This document shows positions 39,805 through 51,439 of a stretch of DNA of 64,000 nt, piece by piece. The position numbers and the translations under genes were made by a program. Position 1 is the first letter of the stretch. Each line of letters opens with the position of its first letter. This stretch comes from Proteromonas lacertae (taxonomy: Eukaryota), in NCBI GenBank assembly GCA_002245135.1, contig NGBS01000591.1, forward strand, positions 1-64,000. Reading direction: 5' to 3'. The notes below the pieces were generated by a model. The model was given only the letters and a program-made list of their open reading frames with translations, did no database searches and had not been told where the DNA came from.

Positions 39805-40209
39805 TTAGAATTCAATGCTATTGCTGGGGTCAAGTAAGTCACTCTCAAGGACAGTACTTTGCCTTCGTTGAGTTAATACCATGTTCTTGATCTCAGTGAT
39901 GTCGGACATGTTCTTGATCACTCCTAGCTTCTTAAGGATATAGCCAACACCTGTAAGGACAATTGCTAACAAGACGGTCATCCCGTAGTTGATAATCATG
40001 TCGATCATACTATTGTTGCTGCTTCCATCAGTCTTCACAGTGATGTTTTGTAGTACAGATGAAAGGATGGTGACAAAGTCAAAGGAAGTAAAGTTCCATG
40101 AAGCTCCAGTGCACTCTTGGTAACTATCGACTAGACAAGTGAGGTTGGAGATCAACAAGGATCGGCTACTGATGTTATCGGACAAGAGATATTCCATCGT
40201 AAGAATCAC
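39805..40209 (-). CDS. Small membrane protein of element 2
   Basis: Hydrophobic MTVLLAIVLTGVGYIL followed by KKLGVIKNMSDITEIKN; convergent with the integrase. Confidence 0.7.
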   Translation of the reverse strand: MILTMEYLLSDNISSRSLLISNLTCLVDSYQECTGASWNFTSFDFVTILSSVLQNITVKTDGSSNNSMIDMIINYGMTVLLAIVLTGVGYILKKLGVIKNMSDITEIKNMVLTQRRQSTVLESDLLDPSNSIEF

Positions 40210-40264
40210 TCGGGAAAGTAAATACTAGGAGATTGTATAAGGCATTTTCTTAAAGGGAATTACA

Positions 40265-40699
40265 ATGGCTAGAACCAAAGCAATGCTTAAGCAGCATCCT
40301 GAGATACTCAAGAAGCTTAAAGACAAACGCAAAGAGAAGATCATTGTAAGGCAACTTAACAAGACTGATATACCTAGGCTGATAAAGACTAGAAGAAGAA
40401 AAAGAACATCTAAAGGCCCAGCAATACCCATTCCCCTCCCTGACATCGTTGCTATTGACGACTATGAACTGGACGATATCTCCAATGTCCTTCCAAGAAC
40501 TTACTCTATGGAACTGGTACTCAGCAACATCAAGAAGCTTATCTCCGATGGGTTGAAGAACTTAAAGGACAAGTTGATGAACACTCCCGAGAAGATCAAT
40601 ACACAACAAGCAAGGAAGAAACGTATTAGCAAGAAGAAGGCTCTTGAGAATCAAAAGAAGATAGAGCAATTCCTAAAGAACAACAACCTCCGGAATTGA
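40265..40699 (+). CDS. Lys/Arg-rich putative DNA-binding protein of element 2
   Basis: 144-aa highly basic ORF ending in TGA. Confidence 0.7.
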   Translation: MARTKAMLKQHPEILKKLKDKRKEKIIVRQLNKTDIPRLIKTRRRKRTSKGPAIPIPLPDIVAIDDYELDDISNVLPRTYSMELVLSNIKKLISDGLKNLKDKLMNTPEKINTQQARKKRISKKKALENQKKIEQFLKNNNLRN

Positions 40700-40720
40700 G
40701 TCAATTCCAAGTTCCATTCA

Positions 40721-42848
40721 ATGGAGATTGAAGAAGCAACTTACGATCGAAAGAACAAGTGCCTTGAAGATCCTCCTGACAACTATCTTAGAAGGAAGTC
40801 CAAGAGAAAACACCGGGAGATGATGATGAAGACTCAGGAGATGGACAATCAACTTAAGCAGTACAAGATAGATCCCCGGAGGTTCAATCTATCGACTCTA
40901 AGTAAACTTCATCAACAATCAGAAGCTTTGAAGTCCTCGGTGATTGTAAAGCCTTGGTACAACTATCCTGACAATCCCGAGGAGGGCTGATAAGCAATAG
41001 AAGTTCTTTTCCAATAGTCAATCGTCCATGGTAAAGATATCGATGGTAAACGATAAAGACAAAGGAATCAACTCAAGGAAGAAGAAGAAGCTTACTTCAA
41101 GAGTTGTGAAGGCACTACAGCAGCAGAAGCTTAAGAAGGAGTTCCAGGTCAAGATAAACAACACTAATGACTTACACTACTTAACTACCTTGCTATCAGA
41201 GATAGCTCCTAACAACAACACTGATGATACTCAAGACAGAGAAGGTAATTCCTTATCAATCGTTAAGAGCAATCCCTTGGAGAACAATAACGAGGAGAGC
41301 GGTGAACTCCAGGAGAAGTACCTTGCTAGCGAGTCCTACAACGATCATTTCCTCGTAAAGAACCCTGACCTTAGAAAGCTGCTTGCCGAGGAGGAACGTA
41401 AGAAGCTCAATGTGCATCCTTCAGCAACTTACTTTGCTGATGATTACCAGAAGTATGTGTACTAACCGAGCTCCATCATGACCCTTACAATGTCAACAAC
41501 TCAAGGACAACAATTAGCCGTGGAACTCTTCCCTTATATGATAACACAACTAGTAATAATGATATTTACTCCTTATTGAAGCAACAACAAGATGTCTCCA
41601 GGATGATCAACACCTTTGGGAATACTAGTAACTCACTTACCCAGAATCAGTCAGGAATAAAAGACCGTGGAATGAAGATAGGAGGTGCCATCGGAGCCAT
41701 CCTTGGAATGGTTGGATTAATCTCAACCTTCGGAAGTAGAATAGGACAGATCCCAATCGTGGAAAGGTTGTTTCAAACAGATCATCAGACACTAGCTGGA
41801 GAGTTTCTTAAGTTCGTTCAAGGCAACAAGGAACAGTTTAAGTCTTTTGCTAAGGCCGCTGGCTATGATGAGAACCACCCAGTAGTTCAGTTGATTGATA
41901 AGGCTGCTGATAAACTCAATGACAATTACAACAACACTCCTAACGATGACTTCTTCCGATGGCTAGAGACTCAGTACGAAGGTCCCGATACAACAATTAA
42001 CGATGCAATGGTTAACGCGATCAATCAACTCAATGTAGGAGGAGGACTAGGTAATGGTATGGGAGGAATCATCGGTAATCTCTTCAATGACTTCAAAGGT
42101 CTAGGTAAAGTTCAAGGAGGCAGCTATTCGATAATGGAGGACCAGGTGAACTCCTGCGTTCCTTCAATACCAATTGCCCAGCCAGCAGTTCAAAGTCCAA
42201 TCCTATTACCTAGCAGACAAGAGCAAAAACAACAACCTGTAGTGTATGCAGATACAGACCCTTTATATAGACAGCTGAAAATCAACTCGATGTTGGAGAT
42301 GCCACTCTCGGATATCATCGATGATGATGAAGATAAGGAGCATGAGGATAAGTATGAGTACTTCGATATCGAGAGGGCTGATCAAGGAAGAGTACAGTGA
42401 CTTCAATGGACAATTCGCTGGAGTCTTCTTATGGGATCAACTTAAGTAAGACCTTCGAGTCTTAGGAACAAATAGATGGGGATGCATTCTCAGTACCCTT
42501 ACAACTACAAGTGCTGAGAATGCGATCGGGCATTGGGTTGCCTTAGTCGTGGATGATAATCGAAGGCAAATCTACTACTATGATAGCTTCGGAGAGAACC
42601 CTAAGAACTACTCGTGGTTTATCCAGCAGATATAACGCCTTAAAGGTAATCCTGAGGATAAGTACCAACTCAAGATCAATCGAATCAAGAACCAGAAGGT
42701 CAACACCGACACTTGTGGTTACTTTGCAATCTACTTCCTATCCAATATCCTCGGAAGGAACCTGCCCATCAAGGAGGCAAATAACTTCAACTCTATCCAG
42801 GGCGAGAAGCAAATGGCACTGCTCAAGAGAACCTTTAACTTAATCTAA
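40721..42848 (+). CDS. About 700-aa protein with a C-terminal adenain/Ulp1-like (clan CE) cysteine protease; read through 1 TAG, 3 TAA and three 1-nt indels
   Basis: Protease frame from about 42378: LIKEEYSDFNGQFAGVFLWDQLK*DL..GHWVALVVD..IYYYDSFG..QI*RL..NQKVNTDTCGYFAIYFL..RTFNLI* (His 42531, Cys 42714). Stops at 40998, 41463, 42447, 42633; frame changes near 40985, 41466, 42377. The protease call is strong; the fusion is inferred. Confidence 0.8.
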
Positions 42849-42899
42849 GTAATAAGTCTTTTCCTAGTTCAATTTTACTTAGGAGATTACCCAAAGGCA

Positions 42900-43079
42900 A
42901 TGACAACCTTCATTCCAGCAAGTGTTCAACAAGGAGCTTACTCCGAGAGTTATGATTCACTTTACGTACCCATGAAAGTCAACCCTACCCACTCTTACCT
43001 TCTTGACCATGGCTTTTGCTTAAGGAATTTATCAAGTACTTCCCTTGAAGATCATCCTGTAGGAAGTAGACCCCGTTAG
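42900..43079 (+). CDS. Small ORF (59 aa) in the protease frame, ending inside the right TIR
   Basis: MTTFIPASVQQGAYSESYDSLYVPMKVNPTHSYLLDHGF..; below the ORF-track cutoff. Confidence 0.35.
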   Translation: MTTFIPASVQQGAYSESYDSLYVPMKVNPTHSYLLDHGFCLRNLSSTSLEDHPVGSRPR

Positions 43080-43317
43080 GAGGAATCCCGCAGGAACCTT
43101 ACGTAAATGGGACTATGGTACATTGTCACAGAGTTCTAACGAGTGTTCTAGGAGTCCGTCCCTTTCTAGATTCAGAGTTGACCTTTACGAGGCCTTCATC
43201 GATTGCATTGATGAAGGCCTCGTAAAAGTCAACTCTGAATCTAGAAAGGGATGGACCCCTAGAACACTTGTTAGGACTCTGTGACATTGTGCCTGAGTCC
43301 CATTTATATACTATATA
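43062..43317. repeat. Right TIR of element 2 (same internal palindrome)
   Basis: Reverse complement of the left TIR with 2 substitutions and 1 homopolymer indel. Confidence 0.95.
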
Positions 43318-43759
43318 ATAGCTGCTTTTACAGCTTTGTTACTGTTTATTCTTTTTCCACTTGAATCTAATTTCCAATCACCTTTATTTCCATTTTGATA
43401 ATCATGTCCTGCCAGTATTCCGCCTGATCTTACTAAAGGATAATAATAGTTTAAATCATTTTTAACACTTATGCAATCATGTCTAGCATCTAAATATATA
43501 AAATCATATAATCTATTATGTAAATATTTTATAGAATTTTTACTAATTGTTCTTAAAATTATAAATTCAACTCTTCCTGAATATTTGCCAAACAGTATTA
43601 CGAAGAAATAGATAAATTATGCTTAAGTGGTACAAACACATGGACATTTGATTAGAAAAAGTATGACAAATATTTGAATAACATTACTTATTACAAACTC
43701 AAAAAGTATAAAGTGGAGAATAATAAACTCTACTTCGAAGATAAGTTGGTAGTGAAATT

Positions 43760-44180
43760 GGAAGAAAGTTTTGATATACTGGATGATATTCATAGATCTC
43801 ATGGGCATAGAAGAGAGCGTTTCATGATGCAAAATATTTTGGTATAACAAGAGACATGATTAGGATCTATTTAAATCATATGATTTTTGTCACAAAATTA
43901 ATAAGATTAGCCGTAGCAATCCAATACAACCAATTATATCTCATGCATCAAGAGAAAGGATACTGATTGATTTAATAAATATGAGCAAATATCATTCAAA
44001 TGAAAAATTTCTTTTATCTATTATTGATTATTATTGTAGTTTTATTATGATTTATTGTCAAAAGACAAAAAGTGCCAAAGAAACAGCAGAAAATATTAAA
44101 AGTTATATACGAATTTTCGGTGCCCATCAATTATTCAATCTGATAACGGACCTGAGTTTGTCAACAGTATATTAGTAAAG
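43760..44180 (+). pseudogene. Decayed rve integrase fragment (Ginger/Gypsy/SCAND3-like)
   Basis: PIISHASRERILIDLINM..FLLSIIDYYC..KTKSAKETAENI..IFGA|PSIIQSDNGPEFVNS, with stops and frameshifts. Confidence 0.75.
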
Positions 44181-44399
44181 AATATGTAGTATATATAATA
44201 AATATAATATTAGTTTAAAAGGAAAGTTTATAACTCCTTTATCGAATCACAAGCTCGTATTAGGCATATACAGGAGGCATTTAAATTTTCCACTATTCAA
44301 TAGATATGCCTCAATCTTATAAAAACGTATGAAATTATGTAAATATACCTGCTGAAGATGTTATAAACACAGCCAAACGGAAAGCTTGGCTATACAGTT

Positions 44400-46183
44400 T
44401 CATGGGCTAAAGACTTTATACAAAAGAATGGAATGTCAGAGAGAAGGGTTACAACCACAAAAATGGCTTCCTTGCCTACAAATTGGACAGAATTAGGTCA
44501 GAATATGGTTAAGTGTATGAAAGTTTTAATTAAAAATCACAATATTGGAAGCATAGAATCAAGTAGTTTTAAGGAATTGATCAGATTAATCAATCCCAAA
44601 ATAAAGCTGGCAGGAATAAAAAAGCTAAAGAAGAAGATAAATGAGGAAGGAGAAAAAATATTAGACGAATTTTCTAAAAGTGAAGATATGTTCTGCGTTA
44701 TTTTGGATCAGTGGCAAAATGTAATAGGTGAAAGTATATACAATATAGCTTGTAAAAATAGATGCAAAGAAAAAGAAACAGCAGAAAACATAGCAAAGAT
44801 GATTGAATTAACATTAGAAAAGAATAACATACCTATAAAGCAAGTTGTAGGCATATGTACTGACAATAATATCACTATGCGTAGTGTTGGTAAAGTATTA
44901 CAAACAACAAATAATATAATAATATCAAGTGGATGTATCAGTCACATATTAAACATAATATAAGAGTATATTTGATTATTGTACAAGAATTACCCATTAA
45001 ATAAAACATTCAGAAACAATTAGATTGGTAATTTTTAACAAATTAAAGAGATTCTTGAGAATAGACAAAGGTTCAGAAACTAGATGGAGTTCAGTGTCAA
45101 AAATGTTTAAAGGTGGATAACCAGTTGATATTATCAGAAATTAACTTGTTAGACAAATCAAAAGTTCCTCTTATTGATGAATTATACAAAATATTAAACT
45201 ATTTATGTGGAAAGATCCACATTCTCAGTAGGGATGATGCTTCATTGTCTGATGCGTATCATGTTTATACTTCATTGAAAAAGGATTTATCGAATTATTC
45301 AAACGAGAAAGAGATCAAGCTTATTATTGAAAAGGAGAAAAAGCTGATCAATAGAAACATTTTAATCCTCAGTGATTATTTGGAGATAAATAGTAAGACA
45401 AAATTTTCAGAACAACAAAAGAACGATATAAAAATGTATATTATAACCAAATTCAGTAATGTAACAAATGATGATTTAGGAACAGAGTTATATTATTTTG
45501 AAAACAGACTTCCATATAAAAATGGATGTAAGTATCCGAAAGATGTAAGCAGCAAAATATTTTTTAGTTCATATGATCATGTTATACCAACCTTCAAAAA
45601 ATCTTTAATATATTACAAACCATGCCAACATCTTCAGCATTTATTGAAAGGAGTTTTTCTGTGGAAAGCTGTATACATACAACTCGAAGAAACAGATTAA
45701 ATCTTGTATTGCTAAACAACATGATGAGAATGAAATTCCATCAATTTAAACAGAAAATGAGAGAAAATAATTATGAGTTAGTGACTATGAAGATTACATT
45801 CATACAGAAACTGAATCAAATGTTTTAGACTTAACAATAGAAGAAGAAGAAGAGAGTAGAGTTTCAAGCATAGAAGAAGATGAGAGTTTTTCAGATGATG
45901 AAGAAATAGTAGGAAGTCCTTATTTCTAATATATTCATTATATCAATTTATTATTTTCATAATCTTTCTACTGTTTTTTTTTATTATATATAAAATTAAT
46001 TAATAATAAATTCAAAAATAATAATGAAAATATATGGCAATATAATCCTTAAATTAAAATTATTTTCAAAATAAAAAGTAGATATTATTTTGTATGTTTC
46101 ATTTGCAAAGGACGTCCTTTTTGATTTCGTCCCGCGTCATGTCCCTGTCCTGACCTTGGCCTGACTCTGTCCTGCCTAACTCA
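44400..46183 (+). pseudogene. Decayed hAT transposase with probable right end near 46183
   Basis: VILDQWQN, GICTDNNITM, GCISHILN (CxxH), ETRWSS, PTSSAFIERSFS..IHTTRRNRL; GC-rich GTCC repeats at 46110-46183; left TIR not found. Confidence 0.85.
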
Positions 46184-46513
46184 GATTTATAGTATTATTA
46201 TTACTTTTAGCTATTGATAATGGATGTTTACTATTGTATTAAATATATGAGGTTTTCTTTAAAAGAATGTATTTAATGAACTTTATATAATAGTATTTTA
46301 TGTTTAGTTAAGATGATATGATTGAATATATTAATGAAATTTTCTTTAAAATAACTTCAATTGACGGAGGAGAAAAGAATTGTTAAGCTTTAGAGAATAA
46401 TAATTCAAAACAAAATGCTAGTTATAACATAAAATATTTCGATTTATGCTAATTAGATGTTGAAATGAATAAACAATAAAAAAATATTGAAAGAAAACTA
46501 AGTCACATTAACA

Positions 46514-48114
46514 TTAACAGAGGTAGTTTCCTTTTCCATATTCTAATATAGACTCGCTATTAATTACTAATTTAGTTTTGAAAATACCATTTCTTTCATT
46601 CTTTCTTTCAAATCCGTTGTTCTGAATATTTAAATTGTTGATTGTAGCACATCCTCCACTTTTAACTTTAATTGATAAACACCCTTTTAAATGTAAATTT
46701 TTAATATAAACATTTCCTTTAATTACAAGTTTTGAATTACTTTCAATAATTATATTTCCTTTTAAATGATCAATAATTGTGCTTGTTGTATTACTTATTA
46801 AAGGATCTATATGAATAATGCAATTTCCCCCTATTTTCCATCCTAATTTACATAACTTCTTGTAATTTTTAATGTATAAATTATTTTCTCCACTATCTGG
46901 CGAATAAAACTCAGAATTGCCAGATATTTCTTTTACTGGATTAAAACATAACCATCGTGGCATATTCACACTTATATTTTTTGAATCTTTTTCACTTAGT
47001 AATAAATAATCTTGCAAAACTGTTTCAGTTCTAAAAGATTTAAAATCACTTGATAATACATATTCTGGTAATGATTTATTACTTTCATGTAGAGTATTAT
47101 AATATTTAACTAATTCAAAACATATTATATTAGTTACAGCTGGATATAATGATTCTGATTTATCAAAATAATTTATATCTTCTCCTAACAATATTGGTAA
47201 AAGAGAATAATCTATTGCCCTTACATTATAAAATCTACCATTTTCTTCACATGAACATAGAATTGATGCTTTCTCTCCTTTATATCTTTCTACAGTTAAA
47301 TAATTAACATCTACTCCATTATCTATTGTACTTCCAATTAAAACTGGAATTGCTTCAAATGCTAATGAATTTGTGTCTTGAAAAATAACTAGATATTTAA
47401 TACCTTTAGACTTCCATATATCTAATACTCCTTTCTACAATATAATTACATATATACAGAGTATAATAGATTATGAATATCACCATGTCCATGTGGTTTA
47501 CTTATTATTTTACTATTTTCGCATAACAAGTTGCAATCTTCATCACCAAATGATGGTACGTTAATTTGTTGAATAATTATTGCATTATTCTTATTTAAAC
47601 CAAAATAATTGTTCTCTTCAAGATAATGTTTAACTCTTTTATCAGTAGATTGCGAAGTCATTATGCAAATATGAATTGATTGATTTGTACTAATTTGATA
47701 TGATTTTATGTATTGAAAATATAGGTTTAAATGTGATAATCCACTGATCTGATCTACATTTAAAGCTAACTTTCAATATAATACATGAATTTATACTTTA
47801 ATAGAATTAAAATTTAGACTCTCACCTAATCCTCCTGCAACAAGCACAAATCCACATTTATTTATATTATTTATTCCAATTCTTTCATATTTTTTAAAAG
47901 ATTCGTCTAAATAACTGATATTTATGCTTTGAGGGAGTGATATATTATCAATTTTCATGCAATTATTATTTTTATATTTATTCACTATAATTTTAGCTCT
48001 TCTTATATATTCTATAATTCCTTCTTTTAATATATGATTGTAATACACAATTTCATTGCATATACTTTTTAATTCTAGAATAAATCAGGATAATACTTTT
48101 ATTCTTTCTTGCAT
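46514..48114 (-). CDS. UDP-sugar pyrophosphorylase (USP)-like, divergent and possibly a pseudogene
   Basis: FVLVAGGLGESL, IMTS, KPHGHGDIH, FQDTNSLAF, ETVLQDY, FNPVK, beta-helix tail; in-frame TGA near 48085. Confidence 0.8.
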
Positions 48115-49689
48115 ATTCGATTAATCTTGTCTGTTTGCAGGATAAAAGTAAATAATATCCATAATAATATAACACAAAATCTGAAAAAAACATATACAAT
48201 ATCTAAAACCTAATAGACATACACATTTACTTAGCTATATTACAGGATGATATAACATATCTTTGGAAGGATTTTCTATTAATAAGAAAGTATTTCGAGG
48301 TGGATATATGGGAGTAAATGCACTACTTGTATTAACTACGTTTATAACATTAAATCAATATCATATTCTATTGGTAAAATAATTTTATACTATAAGCAGC
48401 AAAAATGCAGATTTTGATATTTTGATTTAAATTAATATTAGAATATAATTGTTCTTCATTTTCATCATTAAATAATTGTTATAATTATGCTATTTTTGTT
48501 AATTATACTGATTATATCATTTCTTATTACATATATCGTTAAAATTATATAATAACATTTTAAAAGATAATATATATCCACTTTATAGTTATAACACTAC
48601 TGATTATTGCCTTATTTTATCAATATGTAATAATCAGTATTAATATGACTGTAAAAGTGGATAAATATTTTCTCATATACTTAGTTCATTATCCAATAAT
48701 AATCATAAATAGTTTAATATATAGCAATAACAACAGCAATAGTTTGATTAACAATCATTTCACTATAATGTAAAATCCTTATGGAATTAAACCGCTTGCA
48801 AAGAAGCATTAACTAAAGCTTGGTATAGATTCACTATCACATGAGATATTAAACGAAAAGTTTACTACACTAGTATAAAATATATGAAAAACTCTATCTT
48901 CTATTCTAATATGTGGAATTATACTAAACTCCATATATTGTTCTAATCACACAAGAATTATAAAATAAAGAATTCAAAGCTACAAATATTTTACAAATAG
49001 TTGGGATGAAACTTATACTTTCACAATATTTGTATGGTGTTTTTCAGTTTGGTTACACAGTATATATATGGGACTTCTACCCCATGTCGCACTGTCCTAA
49101 ATAGTATTTTAGGGACAACTAGTTTTCATTTCTATTATAGACTGAGATTTACTTGTAAAGACTGAGATTCACTTCAGTAGTATAATAATTCTTGGCCGAT
49201 CTTAACTTTAACTACTTATTGTTTTTTATGAACTTCTTCAATCAACTAGAGCTTTAGGCAAGCAAGAAGTGAAGCAAATTTCCCAGCAGTTGTTTATTTA
49301 AACGCAAGTCCAACTCAAATTACAGTAACAGCGTCAATGAGGAATTAGGAATTCATTATTGCCAATGTATCTACGGTCAAATGATTTTGAAATATTCAGA
49401 TCATTCATCCTCCATTTGATTAATGAATTAAAGGAGTTAGGCAAATTTGTATTTTTTATGGAAACAGAAAATTAATATTAGATTCTGGAAACAAAATATT
49501 GTTCAACGAAACATACAGTACCCAATGCATCCAATAGAAAATATATTTTCTTTTGGAAAAAGTGCGCTAAAACAGTTCAACATATCTATCATTCTATACG
49601 TTTAGATGTAATTAATAGAAAAAATATATAGAAAACACTTTTATTACAATTTATAGCGTTATATTATCATTAATGTGCATTTATTTATT

Positions 49690-51374
49690 TTAAGTGAAAA
49701 GAATAATTTCGCAAGTATTATGAAAACAAACTTGAAATTTTGGACATTTTATGGAAAATTATCATAACTATTATGATTATTATCGCAACCAAACAGAAAA
49801 ACACTGTAACATAGATTTCTCACAAAAATAATAATATAAAATTATTAGTTATATAAACACAAAACTTTAGTTGCTTCTTTTTTGATGAATTCTATTAATG
49901 CAATAACATCCTCCTGTAATTTTATAATTTGTACATGAGTTGTTATAAGGAATTTCACTAAATAGAGATTTATATAAATACTTTCTATTCTATAACTTAA
50001 TATTATATACAGCTATACGGACATTGAGGTAGACAAATACATTAAAGTGTTATATATCTCAAAAGCAGTAATAAATTTAAATTGATTGTAATGAAGTATC
50101 TTCTTTAATTCTTTTTGTTTCTTAAGAAAATATTTAGGTATAATCTACTCAATAAACTTGTCATTATAATAATATACAATCTGTAAAAGGGGTAAAGCTC
50201 TATCTGCAACACCAAACTATTAAAACTATTATACATAGTAACATACTTCAGTTTGTGAATATTTTCCGTAGTGCATTCCATGATCTGATAATATTATACT
50301 TATTGATGAATTTAAAAATCCTGCATCTATTTTGATATTTTATAATATGAAAATACTATTCAATTTCATTAGATGTTTAGCAAAATCTTTATCTACTCTT
50401 GTAATTGATTGAAATGATGGATCGTGCGATTCAGTAAAAGATGTATATGAGAAAGTCTTAATTTTATTCGCATTATAGTATATTAATGCGTCTTCAAGAT
50501 AATTAAGCTGCCATTCATGATGCTGTTTATTTCCTATACATTTAGGTGACCATGAATAAAGCGCAACATTTGCTATTTCATCGCAAGTACGTTGTATATT
50601 ATGGTGAATGTTTATAGATATGTTTTTGTATTTATTATAAAATGCAAGGTGTTTGTCACATTCTGCTAAATTAGAAATAATTGTAAAATTGTTCTTAATA
50701 AAAGATGATAATATAAAATCATTTGGCTTTTCGCCATAATAACTGCCATAGAACAAAGGGAAAAAATTTGGTTTTGAATTAATACCTATTGTGTGATATA
50801 ATTCGAAAGTGTAAATGTAAAAGCTTCTTTTTAATTGATCTATATATTTGTTTGTATCAGTCATTTGATGATAATATCTGAACCTTGATAATGCATCAAA
50901 TAAATATATATTGATAGAAAGTTTCTTTTTGCTACTGCTGTAATATATATTTTTATTTGGAATAAAATTAAAAATAAATTCACTTATATTGTTATAACTG
51001 ATTATTTTATTCATTTCATATTTTAGCTTATAAGTTTCATATCTCTAAGCAATAACATCAAAATATACCTTAAAATATTTAATATTACTATTTAATATAC
51101 TATTATAAATCCAATATTCAATGAATTTAACATCTTCATTAAATGTTACATTGTTTCCTTCGTTTGAGACTAATTTGTTTCTTTTGCAGTAATTTCTTCT
51201 TTTAATTGGGAATGAATAATTTAATTTTATGTAACAAGGCAAATTACATATCCTTTTATCCTTAATTCCATGTAAGTTATATCTACATAATGTTAAGAAG
51301 AGTATTGTATTTTTATGATTAAAGGAAATTAAAATAAATGGGATAATAACAATAAAAATATTGATTGTTTTCAT
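49690..51374 (-). CDS. DUF229/alkaline-phosphatase-superfamily membrane-anchored protein (introns; 3' end approximate)
   Basis: IYLFDALSR, YHTIGINSKPNFFPL, ESHD, ISDHGMHYG. Confidence 0.7.
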
Positions 51375-51439
51375 TAGAAGAGCTAATATTTATATTTTTA
51401 TAATTTAAAGAATAGTAATTATAAGTTATTGTTTTTGTA

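Larger units (their letters stand above)
37472..43317 (+). mobile_element. Mini Polinton-like integrating element (element 2), 5846 bp
   Basis: TIRs 37472-37726 and 43062-43317; 6-bp TSD ACAGCT/ATAGCT, with the empty site visible at 60992-60997; rve integrase and adenain-like protease; markedly higher GC than the host. Confidence 0.93.
37381..43586 (-). pseudogene. 5'-truncated copy of the 60392-61082 methyltransferase, split by element 2
   Basis: 37381-37471 and 43318-43586 are the reverse complement of 60992-61082 and 60729-60997. Confidence 0.92.

Noticed and set aside
40980..42385. Programmed ribosomal frameshifting
   Set aside because: The same nucleotide context occurs in different codon phases, there is no slippery heptamer, and similar indels occur in host genes.
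42553..42843. 96-aa ORF in the supplied track
   Set aside because: Shadow frame; the real signal is the protease in another frame.
48150..49600. Coding-like scraps (also 33300-33670)
   Set aside because: Stops in the frames I tried and no recognisable motif.
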